Shown here: positions 16,791 through 25,440 of the stretch, in pieces | Layout: the number at the start of each line of letters is the position of its first letter | Position numbering within the stretch: the stretch's first letter is position 1 | Source: Candidatus Omnitrophota bacterium | GTDB lineage: Bacteria > Ratteibacteria > UBA8468 > MWAK01 | Length of the DNA stretch: 51,120 nucleotides | Reading direction: 5' to 3' | Assembly: GCA_026387085.1 (NCBI GenBank) | Contig: JAPLMK010000065.1 | Location: forward strand, 1-51,120 | Made by a program: the position numbers and the translations under genes | The notes under the pieces: generated by a model | Seen by the model: the letters and a program-made list of their open reading frames with translations, nothing else | Database searches by the model: none | Told to the model about the DNA's origin: nothing

Positions 16791-17753
16791 CTACCCCAAC
16801 CGGATACGCGGGTCATTAACCGCCAAAAGAATATCAGCCAAAAGGTTACCCGCCACCAAAAGGAACCCGCCGAAAAAGAGCGAAGCCATTATTACGTAAA
16901 GGTCCTGGCTCATCACCGCGGCAAGCATCAACTGACCCAGCCCCGGCCAGGAGAGGATAATCTCCACCAACGCCACCCCGGAAAGAAGGCCGGAGAGTTC
17001 GTAACCCAGAAGCGTAATTAACGGATTGAGGCTGTTGCGCAAAACGTGTCGGAAGACCCGCTTCTCCGCGAGCCCCTTGCCGCGCAGGGCGATTACAAAA
17101 GGCGCGGAAAGGTTCTCAAGAAAATTAGCCCGGGTCACCCTAAAAAGACCGCCGAAACCGACGATAGTTAAAACCAGGGCCGGAAGGCTTACGTGCCAGA
17201 GCCGGTCTGCGAAACGAAAAGGCGCGGAGAGTTCCCCGGCAAAAATACCCTGGCTGCCGCCCAGCGGAAAAAACCCGGTGCGAGCCGCAAAGACCAGAAA
17301 AAGAAGCGCCAGGAAAAAAGAGGGGAGCGAGATGCTGATAAAGGCAAAGACCGAAAGGGTTTTGTCGACCGGTTTGTGTAACTTAATTGCCGCCAGCACA
17401 CCCAGCGGTATGCTGACCAGCCAGGTAAGAAAGAGCGTAACCAGAGAAAGGAACAGGGTGTTAATCAGCCGCTCTCGAATCAGGGTGGCCACCGGTATGT
17501 GGTAGACGAAGGAAACACCTAAATTAAAGGTGCAGAGATTTCGCAACCACTTGAGGTACTGAACTACCGGGTTTGCGCCCAGACCAAACTGTTGCCGCAT
17601 CAACTTCAGGGTCTCCGGTGAAATCTGCGGGTCAAGGGAAAGTTTGGTGAAGTAGTCGCCGGGCGCCAGCTGCATCACCAGGAAAGAGAGGAAAGTCATC
17701 CCGACCAGGAGCGGAATAAGATGCAGAAATCGTTTGCCTATGTATCGCCACAT
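16791..17753 (-). CDS. ABC transporter permease, DppB/OppB type
   Basis: 320 aa. MWRYIGKRFLHLIPLLVGMTFLSFLVMQLAPGDYF is the characteristic N-terminus. Six hydrophobic segments; the EAA-like loop region contains FVIALRGKGLAEKRVFRHVLRNSLNP. Confidence 0.85.
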   Translation of the reverse strand: MWRYIGKRFLHLIPLLVGMTFLSFLVMQLAPGDYFTKLSLDPQISPETLKLMRQQFGLGANPVVQYLKWLRNLCTFNLGVSFVYHIPVATLIRERLINTLFLSLVTLFLTWLVSIPLGVLAAIKLHKPVDKTLSVFAFISISLPSFFLALLFLVFAARTGFFPLGGSQGIFAGELSAPFRFADRLWHVSLPALVLTIVGFGGLFRVTRANFLENLSAPFVIALRGKGLAEKRVFRHVLRNSLNPLITLLGYELSGLLSGVALVEIILSWPGLGQLMLAAVMSQDLYVIMASLFFGGFLLVAGNLLADILLAVNDPRIRLG

Positions 17754-17779
17754 TTCTAAATTAGTATCCCGTATACAGT

Positions 17780-17960
17780 ACAGCGTGCAGGGAAAAGAAG
17801 GCGCGCTCCGCCTTCGCCAAGACTATGACGGACACAGTAAATCGCACCGCTACAACGCAAGCACCTTACGGAAGCAGGAAGAGGCGGCTGGAAAATACGC
17901 CTTTCGCGGAAACACCGCCTGAACCTGCGCTTCGCTCCGGTGAAGAGAGATTGCATGCTA
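17780..17960. repeat. cluster of degenerate GC-rich REP-like palindromes
   Basis: Contains hairpin GAAGGCG-cgctc-CGCCTTC (17797-17815). Also a unit TAAATCGCACCGCTACA (17838-17854) that matches 15/18 with TAAATCCGACCGCTACA at 6725-6741. It partly overlaps the 3' tail of ORF 17866..18609. Confidence 0.35.
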
Positions 17961-18609
17961 AATCCACACCGCCCTGCGTCTCGCCGGAAACCAGGTGGCC
18001 GTCCGCAAACAAACCAGTCCCTTTACCTTGATTGTTGTCCCTGGCCTGCGCCGTGTTACCCTTTTCCGTCCGGGCCGAAGACAACGCCGCAAGATCAAAT
18101 CCTATTTTAGAGCATGGTTTTCCGTTAAAAACCGCCGGGCCAAGATACCGGCACCGGGTAAGATCCGGAAAGACCTGCGACAGAAAAAGATTCCACGGTA
18201 ATCCGGGCGAACCAACCAGCGTCTCCTGTCCGGGCAAGAGACCGCAAGAACCTAACCGAAACCGCACCGTCTGACCGGTCGCCGAAGCCGGAAGAACGGA
18301 CTCTTTTGCGCCGATTATGGTCCGGGCGCTAAAATTCTCGGCCCTCGCCTCACACGTAACAACGCCGGCGGAATCAGCTTCAACCATCCGGACAGATGCC
18401 TGGAAAGTAATCTTTGTCGCAACGGGCGGGCCCTGACCGCCACCGCCGGACATTTTAACTTCGTGCTGTAAATCCAGCCGGTAACGGAGCGCCTGGTCGG
18501 GTTGAAACTGATACTGAAGCGCACCGGCATTTTGGGCAGGGACAATTTGGGGGAGAAAAAAGGAGGCAGAAAGACAAAGGAAAAGCACAAAACACCGCGC
18601 CGGCTTCAT
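17866..18609 (-). CDS. hypothetical secreted protein
   Basis: 247 aa with signal peptide MKPARCFVLFLCLSASFFLPQIVPAQN. I recognise no family. Its start overlaps the upstream aminotransferase stop by 4 nt (operon). The C-terminal ~30 codons are encoded by REP-like DNA. Confidence 0.5.
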   Translation of the reverse strand: MKPARCFVLFLCLSASFFLPQIVPAQNAGALQYQFQPDQALRYRLDLQHEVKMSGGGGQGPPVATKITFQASVRMVEADSAGVVTCEARAENFSARTIIGAKESVLPASATGQTVRFRLGSCGLLPGQETLVGSPGLPWNLFLSQVFPDLTRCRYLGPAVFNGKPCSKIGFDLAALSSARTEKGNTAQARDNNQGKGTGLFADGHLVSGETQGGVDLACNLSSPERSAGSGGVSAKGVFSSRLFLLP

Positions 18610-19763
18610 GTTTTACTGAGATACGCCGCCAGCCGGTTGCCCGCTTCCGCAAGAACCTCTTCCGAAACCGCATAGGAAAGACGCAGGTATCCCTCCATAC
18701 CAAAGGCCTTGCCCGGCACCAGGGCAACTTGCGCCTCTTCCAGAAAGCGGGAAGCGAAATCAACCGAATCTTTAATTGCCGGATGAGTGAAAAAAAGATA
18801 GAAAGCGCCGGCCGGAAAAGGGAAGGAAATTCCCTTGACCGGAAAAAGAATTTTAAGGAGAAGGTCACGCCGGTTCTGAAATGCCCGGCGCATCTCCTGC
18901 ACGCTCTGCTGGTTCCCGGAAAGCGCGGCTAAAGCCGCCATCTGGCTCAAAGAGCACGGGTTAGAGGTTGACTGGTCCTGGAGTTTCGCGCAGGCATCGG
19001 CTAATTCCTGAGACCCCAGAAACCATCCGATACGCCAGCCGGTCATCGCATAGGTCTTGGATGCGGCGCCCACAATTATCGTCCGCTCCTCCATCCCGGG
19101 GAGGCCGGCTATGCTGCAAAAAGATTGCTCGTCATAAATAAAATGCTGATAAGCATCGTCTGATATTACCAAAATCCCCTTATCCTGGACCCAGCGCGCA
19201 ATATCTTCCAGTTCTTTTTTTGTGTAAACTACGCCGGAAGGATTGTTGGGGCTGTTGATAATCAAACACCTGGTTTTATCGGTAAAAAACCGTTCCAGGT
19301 TTTCGGGCTTCACTTTCAGGTCTGTTCCGCCCGGCACAAAAACCGGCACGCCGCCGGCTAATTTCACCATCTCCGGATAACTGGTCCAATACGGCACCGG
19401 AACAAGCACCTCGTCACCCGAATCTAACAAGGATTGGAACAGGTTGTAGAGGGTGTGTTTGGAGCCGCAGGAAACAACAACCTGGTTAATTCCGTAAACA
19501 AGGCCGGTGTCTTCCCTGAATCGCCGGCAGATCGCTTCCCGCAAAGGCACAATTCCCCGGCTATCGGTGTATTGGCTGAAGTTGTCCCTGACCGCCGCGA
19601 CAACCGCCTCTTTTGCTTCAATCGGCGCCGGAAAGTCCGGCTCGCCTACCGAGAGATTAAGAACTTTAACCCCCTGGGCTTGAAGTTCTTTTGCTTTCCG
19701 GCCGGCCGCCAGCGTTGCCGATGGCGCCAGGTTTATTATCCGTTGAGACAGCTTAATGTTCAT
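18606..19763 (-). CDS. class I/II PLP-dependent aminotransferase (aspartate aminotransferase-like)
   Basis: The start is taken at ATG 19763 (MNIKLSQRIINLAPSATL), overlapping the upstream stop as TAATG. Blocks: LSVGEPDFPAP, NSPNNPSG, ASKTYAMTGWRIGW (PLP-Lys). Confidence 0.85.
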   Translation of the reverse strand: MNIKLSQRIINLAPSATLAAGRKAKELQAQGVKVLNLSVGEPDFPAPIEAKEAVVAAVRDNFSQYTDSRGIVPLREAICRRFREDTGLVYGINQVVVSCGSKHTLYNLFQSLLDSGDEVLVPVPYWTSYPEMVKLAGGVPVFVPGGTDLKVKPENLERFFTDKTRCLIINSPNNPSGVVYTKKELEDIARWVQDKGILVISDDAYQHFIYDEQSFCSIAGLPGMEERTIIVGAASKTYAMTGWRIGWFLGSQELADACAKLQDQSTSNPCSLSQMAALAALSGNQQSVQEMRRAFQNRRDLLLKILFPVKGISFPFPAGAFYLFFTHPAIKDSVDFASRFLEEAQVALVPGKAFGMEGYLRLSYAVSEEVLAEAGNRLAAYLSKT

Positions 19764-20935
19764 TATAATAACTTGGCAATATTGCGCGCCGCCTGACGCA
19801 GGCGCTGTTCGTTTTCCACCAGGGCAATCCGCACAAACCCTTCGCCGTATGGGCCAAACCCAATTCCCGGCGAAACAGCCACATCTGCCTTTTCCAGCAG
19901 AAGAGTAGCAAACTCCAGCGAACCCATGGCCCGCATTTTTTCCGGCAGGGGCGCCCAAAGATACATCGTAGCCGGAGAAACCGGCACGTCCCAGCCCGCT
20001 TCTTTCAGGCACGAAACCAGGACATCTCTCCGTTTTTGATATGTTTGCCGTATCTGAACCACGCAATCCTGGGGACCGTCCAGGGCGGCAACGGCTGCCA
20101 TCTGTATCGGCGTAAAAACACCGTAATCATAATAGCTCTTCAATTTTACCAGGGCGCCAACCAGCTCTTCGTTGCCCACCGCAAAACCAACCCGCCAACC
20201 CGCCATATTATACGTTTTCGATAAAGAATAAAATTCAATCGCTATCTCTTTCGCGCCCGGCACCTGCAAAACGCTGGGCGCAACGCCTCCGTCGAAAACA
20301 AGCTCTCCGTAAGCCAGGTCATGAATAAGAAAAAGGTTGTTCCGGCGGCAAAAATCAACCACTTCCTTCAGGAAGTCCAGGCTGGCCACCGCCGTGGTGG
20401 GGTTGTGCGGAAAAGAAAGGAGCATCGCTTTGGGCCTGGGCTCAATTTTAAGATTGATTTTAGCCAGGTCCGGTAAAAAATTATTCTCCGCCCGCAAGGG
20501 CATGTCCTGCGTCCTGACGCCGACAATGTGGAACGGAAAATAATGAGCCGGATAACTGGGGTTGGGCACCAAAATAGATTCGCCCGCATTAAAGGCCGCC
20601 GAAGCGAAATGGCACAGGCCTTCCTTGCTGCCGATAACCACCACCGCCTCCTTCTCCGGATCAAGCGAAACACCAAAACGTTTTGCGTACCGCCCCGCAA
20701 TCGCCTGGCGCAGGACGCCGATTCCTTTGGAAGCAGAATAGCGGTGCATTCCGGGCTCGTCAACCGTTTCTTTCAGTTTGGCGATGACGTGAGCCGGCGC
20801 CGGCAAGTCCGGGTTTCCCATGCCCAAATCCACCACGTCGCGGCCTTCGGCGCGCGCTTGAGCATTAAGCCGCCCTATCCGCTCAAAAATATACGGCGGG
20901 AGGTCAGCAATTCGTTTCGACTTGCAATCAATCAT
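19763..20935 (-). CDS. class I/II PLP-dependent aminotransferase (AlaT / LL-DAP aminotransferase-like)
   Basis: 390 aa. LGMGNPDLPAP, FPHNPT, SLSKTYNMAGWRVGF (PLP-Lys). The exact specificity cannot be told from the sequence. Confidence 0.8.
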   Translation of the reverse strand: MIDCKSKRIADLPPYIFERIGRLNAQARAEGRDVVDLGMGNPDLPAPAHVIAKLKETVDEPGMHRYSASKGIGVLRQAIAGRYAKRFGVSLDPEKEAVVVIGSKEGLCHFASAAFNAGESILVPNPSYPAHYFPFHIVGVRTQDMPLRAENNFLPDLAKINLKIEPRPKAMLLSFPHNPTTAVASLDFLKEVVDFCRRNNLFLIHDLAYGELVFDGGVAPSVLQVPGAKEIAIEFYSLSKTYNMAGWRVGFAVGNEELVGALVKLKSYYDYGVFTPIQMAAVAALDGPQDCVVQIRQTYQKRRDVLVSCLKEAGWDVPVSPATMYLWAPLPEKMRAMGSLEFATLLLEKADVAVSPGIGFGPYGEGFVRIALVENEQRLRQAARNIAKLL

Positions 20936-21201
20936 TCGACCACCGCCAATGTCTGGCCAACCCTTACCTTGCTTCCCTCCGCGGCGCTGATATCTTTTAC
21001 TGTTCCGGAGGTTGGTGACGGCAGGTTAAAGCTGGTCTTTTCCGTGGTTAGTTCCACCAAGTCTTCGCCGTCCGCTACAACATCACCGACCTTCTTATAC
21101 CAGAAAGAAATGCTGGCCTCTTCAATTCCTTCGCCCATCTCCGGCAACTTAACTTCCAACGCGCACCCCCTGTTTTGTGGTTTAGTTTTCTTAAAAATCA
21201 A
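20932..21201 (-). CDS. free-standing lipoyl/biotinyl-attachment domain protein
   Basis: 89 aa. VKLPEMGEGIEEASISFWYKKVGDVVADGEDLVELTTEKTSFNLPSPTSGTV follows the E2-type lipoyl domain pattern, with the candidate lipoyl-Lys in TEKT. 4-nt overlap with the downstream aminotransferase. The start codon is uncertain. Confidence 0.65.
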   Translation of the reverse strand: MIFKKTKPQNRGCALEVKLPEMGEGIEEASISFWYKKVGDVVADGEDLVELTTEKTSFNLPSPTSGTVKDISAAEGSKVRVGQTLAVVE

Positions 21202-21244
21202 CCAAGAATTTTTATCGCTTTATTATTATAGCCGATGACCGTGT

Positions 21245-22102
21245 TTAGCGTAAAGCGTTTATTCCCCCAAAAAGGTCGGCGGCATAATAGGAACTGCGCA
21301 CAAAAGGCCCGCTGGCGCAGGCCTTAAAACCCATCTTTCCGGCGACTTGCTTATACTCTTGAAACTCTTCCGGCGTTACGTAGCGCGCTACCGGCAGGTT
21401 CTTTTCGCCTGGCCTCAAGTACTGGCCGAGCGTTAATATGTCACAACCCACGCTCCGGAGGTCGGAAAGCACGCCCAAAATCTCCGTTTTTTCCTCGCCC
21501 AGGCCGAGCATCAACCCGCTCTTGGTAAACGCCGCCCCTTCTTCTTTGGCCGCCCGAAGCAAGCCAAGGCTGGTCTGGTAAAGAGCCTGGGGGCGTACCG
21601 TCGGATAAAGCCGGGGAACGGTTTCCAGGTTGTGGTTAAAAACCAGGGGCTCTTCCGCCAAAACCATCCGCAACAACTCCCGCCGGCCGTCAAAATCAGG
21701 GGTTAAAACTTCCGTCCCGGCATGCGGCGTTGTTCTGCGGATTGCGGCCAGCGTTGCGGCAAAAACCGCCGCGCCCTTATCCGGCAAATCATCCCGCGTT
21801 ACCGAGGTAATCACCGCGTATTTCAACCCGAGCCGGGCCACCGCCTGAGCCACCCGCCCGGGTTCGCTCTCCTCCGGCGCCAAAGGAAGACCTTTGGCAA
21901 CTCCGCAAAAAGCGCATCTCCGGGTACAGGTGTTTCCCAAAATCAGAAACGTGGCAACCTTCCGGTCAAAACATTCATATCGGTTCGGACAAAGCGCCGC
22001 AGAGCAGACCGTGTGTAAACCAAGACCGGCAACTATCTCTTCGGTTTCTTTAATGTCCGCGCTTGCTAAAAACCGTTTTTTCAGCCAGGCTGGTTTTTCC
22101 AT
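21245..22102 (-). CDS. lipA: lipoyl synthase
   Basis: 285 aa. Auxiliary cluster motif CPNRYECF..., radical-SAM CTRRCAFCGV, and a C-terminal RSSY motif. Confidence 0.9.
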   Translation of the reverse strand: MEKPAWLKKRFLASADIKETEEIVAGLGLHTVCSAALCPNRYECFDRKVATFLILGNTCTRRCAFCGVAKGLPLAPEESEPGRVAQAVARLGLKYAVITSVTRDDLPDKGAAVFAATLAAIRRTTPHAGTEVLTPDFDGRRELLRMVLAEEPLVFNHNLETVPRLYPTVRPQALYQTSLGLLRAAKEEGAAFTKSGLMLGLGEEKTEILGVLSDLRSVGCDILTLGQYLRPGEKNLPVARYVTPEEFQEYKQVAGKMGFKACASGPFVRSSYYAADLFGGINALR

Positions 22103-22162
22103 GCGTAGTTTGTGGTTGCGGTATCGCTCCCGCCTAAAACGACAAAAAGATTGCGGTCAGGA

Positions 22163-22999
22163 CTAAAACAACGAGAGGAGGCGGGACAGAAACGGTCTTA
22201 TTTCCCGGCGGGTAAGCACCTGGTCCAGCGCGCCTTTTTTAAGCAAAAACTCCGACCGCTGAAATCCGGCCGGGAGTTTGGCCCGGATGGTCTGTTCAAT
22301 AACACGCGGACCGGTAAACCCGATTAAAGCGCCGGGTTCCGCCACCATAAAATCACCCAAAAAGGCAAAACTCGCGGCCACACCGGCCATGGTCGGATCG
22401 GTCAGAACAGAAACGTACGGAACGCCCGCTTCAGCCAGCCGGCCAACCGCCGCCGAGGTTTTTGCCATCTGCATCAAAGAAAACATCCCTTCGTACATTC
22501 TTGCTCCGCCGCCGCTGGCAGAAAAAATAACCAGCGGGACGTGGTTTACCTGGGCTCGCTCCGCGGCACGCACTACCTTTTCTCCGACCACCGAACCCAT
22601 GCTGCCCATCATAAACCGGCTATCTACCACCACAAACTCTGCCTGGCACCCCCCGACGGTTCCTTCGCCGGAAACTACCGCATCTAAAAGCCCGGTCTTT
22701 TCCTGGTCTTCGCGGACCTTATCCGGATAGGCCTTCACCGCCGAAAAAGAGAGCGGGTCTCCGGACTGCATAGTTGCGTCCCTCTCCTTAAAAGAATTTT
22801 CGTCCAGCGTAATGGCGATGCGCTGAAATGCTGTAAGCCGGTGGTGAAACTGGCACCGGGGACAAACCCAAAGGTTCTCCTGCAACCGTTTTTCGTATAG
22901 GTTGGCCCCGCAGCCCTGACACTTTACCCAGGACTCGGATTTTACCTCCACCTTTTGTCGGGAGGGAACAAGCACCGTTTTTTTTCTTTGCCACCACAT
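22163..22999 (-). CDS. accD: acetyl-CoA carboxylase, carboxyltransferase beta subunit
   Basis: 278 aa. N-terminal zinc ribbon CQGCGANLY...CPRCQFHHR, then carboxyltransferase blocks (MGGSMGSVVGEK, SASGGARM, TDPT). Confidence 0.9.
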   Translation of the reverse strand: MWWQRKKTVLVPSRQKVEVKSESWVKCQGCGANLYEKRLQENLWVCPRCQFHHRLTAFQRIAITLDENSFKERDATMQSGDPLSFSAVKAYPDKVREDQEKTGLLDAVVSGEGTVGGCQAEFVVVDSRFMMGSMGSVVGEKVVRAAERAQVNHVPLVIFSASGGGARMYEGMFSLMQMAKTSAAVGRLAEAGVPYVSVLTDPTMAGVAASFAFLGDFMVAEPGALIGFTGPRVIEQTIRAKLPAGFQRSEFLLKKGALDQVLTRREIRPFLSRLLSLF

Positions 23000-23029
23000 C
23001 TTAACCTCTCCTTCCGCGGGGCCGCGTTT

Positions 23030-23896
23030 TTAAATCAGCCCGGCTTTCTCGACAGCTTTGCGCAACCTCGCCTCGTTTTCTTTGGTCATGGCGCATAAAG
23101 GCAGCCGCCATTCCGGCGCGATTTTGCCCATCCACGCCAGCACTGTTTTAACCGGAATCGGATTCGTTTCGTAAAAAAGAGCCCGGAGCAACGGGTAGTG
23201 TTGTTGGTGCAGTTCTCGCGCCCTTCCCGGGTCTCCGGCCAAAAAAGCGTGCGTCATCTCAGCCACTCCGTTCGGTATCACGTTTGCGGCAACCGAAATC
23301 ACGCCGACACCGCCTACCGCCATTATCGGCAGGGTCAGGGAATCGTCTCCGGAAAGAACCGTGATTTCACACTGGTTTTTTATCGAACTAACCTGGTCCA
23401 AACTTCCGGACGCTTCTTTAATGGCAACGATGTTTGGTTGTCGGGAAAGCTCGGCAATCGTTTCCGGCAAAAGAGAGATGCCGGTTCGCGAGGGCACGTT
23501 ATACAAGATAATCGGGATATCAACCGCCTCGGCAATGGCGGTATAGTGGAGCAGAAGTCCGGCCGGGGTGGGTTTGTTGTAATACGGGGTAATAATTAAA
23601 ACCGCGTTGGCGCCCGCGTTCTTCGCGTGCCGGGTAAGCTGTAGCGCCTCGGCAGTGTTGTTAGAGCCGGTGCCGGCAATTACGGGCCTGCGCCCCGCCA
23701 CCACTTCCACCGCTATGGTCACCAACCGCTGGTGTTCTTCCATCGAGAGCGTCGCTGCCTCTCCGGTGCAGCCGCAAGGAAGAATTGCGTCTGTTCCTTC
23801 TTTAATCTGCCATTCTATCAAATCACCGAAACTCTTCTCGTCTATCTTCCCGCCCTTAAACGGGGTGACGATTGCTACGGTTGAACCGTGAAACAT
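23030..23896 (-). CDS. dapA: 4-hydroxy-tetrahydrodipicolinate synthase
   Basis: 288 aa. VAIVTPF, GCTGEAATLS, YYNKPT, and IVAIKEASG carrying the Schiff-base Lys. Confidence 0.9.
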   Translation of the reverse strand: MFHGSTVAIVTPFKGGKIDEKSFGDLIEWQIKEGTDAILPCGCTGEAATLSMEEHQRLVTIAVEVVAGRRPVIAGTGSNNTAEALQLTRHAKNAGANAVLIITPYYNKPTPAGLLLHYTAIAEAVDIPIILYNVPSRTGISLLPETIAELSRQPNIVAIKEASGSLDQVSSIKNQCEITVLSGDDSLTLPIMAVGGVGVISVAANVIPNGVAEMTHAFLAGDPGRARELHQQHYPLLRALFYETNPIPVKTVLAWMGKIAPEWRLPLCAMTKENEARLRKAVEKAGLI

Positions 23897-24185
23897 TTTT
23901 CCCTCCGGGCTTGTTTGCCTGCGCCTGTTTTATGGTTATCTCTTTTATTTTTAGGCCCCGCTTTTGAAACTCGGCCGCAATTTTTTCCTTTTGCAAAAAA
24001 AGCTGGTGGTGGACGGTCGGGTTGTCCACCCAGACAAGCATCTTTTCATTTTTAACCGTCACCCGGGCGTGTCGTCGTGTTTCTTTTGAAACAACCTCTT
24101 CCCACAGCGCCAGATAATCCTTTTCTTCAAAAAAATAGTTTTCTTTTTTTAAAACCCGGCTGATAATGTCGCCTATCTTTTCCAC
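23856..24185 (-). CDS. DUF721 (DciA-like) protein
   Basis: 109 aa directly downstream of dnaN. LALWEEVVSKETRRHARVTVKNEKMLVWVDNPTVHHQLFLQKEKIAAEF fits the DUF721 pattern. The 3' end overlaps dapA by 41 nt, so the true C-terminus is uncertain. Confidence 0.6.
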   Translation of the reverse strand: MEKIGDIISRVLKKENYFFEEKDYLALWEEVVSKETRRHARVTVKNEKMLVWVDNPTVHHQLFLQKEKIAAEFQKRGLKIKEITIKQAQANKPGGKNVSRFNRSNRHPV

Positions 24186-24198
24186 GGCTCCCGGTGGC

Positions 24199-25299
24199 TT
24201 ACAGCCGCATTGCCATCACCAAATAAATATAGTCCGCCCCTTTCAGGGACCGGATCAAGCTCGGTTTTTCCGGGTTGTGGTTTAAACCAAAAAAGAACGC
24301 CTCTTCCCCGTCCAGGCTCTTTACTCCCTCCAACAGATAGTCCGGGTTGAAGTTTAAGGTAATCGGCTCTCCCTGGTAGGAGATGTCTATTTCTTCCGCG
24401 CCTTCTCCCACCCCGGCGGTTTCCCCGGAAACTTTCAGGTTGTTCTTCCGCAAATCCAGCCGCACTAAGTTTTTCCCGGTTGATACAACCTGTTTAATCC
24501 GGCGCAGTGTTGCCACAAACGCCGCCAAGGGAATCGTGGCTGTTGCCAGGTCGTTTTCTTTTGGGATGACCGAATTATAATCCGGAAATTCTCCTTCAAT
24601 TATCTGGCTGGTTAAAACCAGGCCTTCCCCGGAAAAAATAATCTGATTGGTCCCTAAATTTACATCTAATTCCGTTGCTTCCTCCCATAAGCTCTTTATC
24701 GCGTCGGCGGTTTTAATCGGCAAAATAAACTTAATATCTGCTGAAAGGTTTGTTTTGGTTTTGTGGCGCGCCAGCCGCCGGGTATCTGTGGTGACGGTTG
24801 TCAACCAGCCGTCTTCTGTGGTAAAAAATATCCCGGAAAGATTTGGTTTGTTTTCGTCAAAAACAACCACCGGGCGGGTGTAGATTATGGTTTTTTTTAA
24901 GTTACCGGCGGTTATTTTAAATTGGTTGGGGTTTTTAATTTTTGGGGTTAGCGGAAAATCATCAACCCGCAAACCAACTAAATTTAAAACTATCTTTCCT
25001 TGGGAAATACGAAGGCGATTTTCTTTTTCACTATACAATCCTACCTCCGCCTCCGGAAACTCGCGCGCGATTTCCAATAACTTCCGCCCGGGCGTTAAAA
25101 CTTTTCCTTCCTTTAAAACAACTGTTTCTTTGGTAATTTTCACACTCAACTCCAAGTCGGTTCCGGTTACAACCAAAACACCTTTACCCGCCTCAATTAA
25201 AATGTGATTAAGTACCGGCAGTGTTGGTTTTGGACTTAAAACACCGGATACTTTATTTAAAATAGACAATAAATCCCTTTTTTGTATTTTTATTTCCAT
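24199..25299 (-). CDS. dnaN: DNA polymerase III beta sliding clamp
   Basis: 366 aa with the typical three-domain clamp pattern (MEIKIQKRDLLSILNKVSGV..., ...YIYLVMAMRL). The position immediately downstream of dnaA fits. Confidence 0.9.
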   Translation of the reverse strand: MEIKIQKRDLLSILNKVSGVLSPKPTLPVLNHILIEAGKGVLVVTGTDLELSVKITKETVVLKEGKVLTPGRKLLEIAREFPEAEVGLYSEKENRLRISQGKIVLNLVGLRVDDFPLTPKIKNPNQFKITAGNLKKTIIYTRPVVVFDENKPNLSGIFFTTEDGWLTTVTTDTRRLARHKTKTNLSADIKFILPIKTADAIKSLWEEATELDVNLGTNQIIFSGEGLVLTSQIIEGEFPDYNSVIPKENDLATATIPLAAFVATLRRIKQVVSTGKNLVRLDLRKNNLKVSGETAGVGEGAEEIDISYQGEPITLNFNPDYLLEGVKSLDGEEAFFFGLNHNPEKPSLIRSLKGADYIYLVMAMRL

Positions 25300-25440
25300 T
25301 TACCCCCCAATCATTTTAGAATACAAGTATTACTATATTTTTAATTATAAAAATTTAGTACTAGTAGTAATGGTTGTGGATAACTTTTAAAAAACCCATA
25401 ACACCACAACACCAAACCAAATTTTACTTAAAATAAACTG
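25300..25440. other. candidate replication origin module (oriC) in the dnaA-dnaN spacer
   Basis: Perfect DnaA box TTATCCACA (read on the minus strand, 25383-25375). Adjacent in-phase trinucleotide run TAG TAC TAG TAG TAA (25356-25370). 25321-25370 contains only 7 G/C in 50 nt. Confidence 0.5.

Noticed and set aside
19764-20066. 100-codon N-terminal extension of the aminotransferase ORF 18606..20066.
   Set aside because: The extension overlaps the upstream aminotransferase gene out of frame and is Gly/Arg/Cys-rich. Homology starts at MNIKLSQRI (ATG 19763), which forms a TAATG stop/start overlap.
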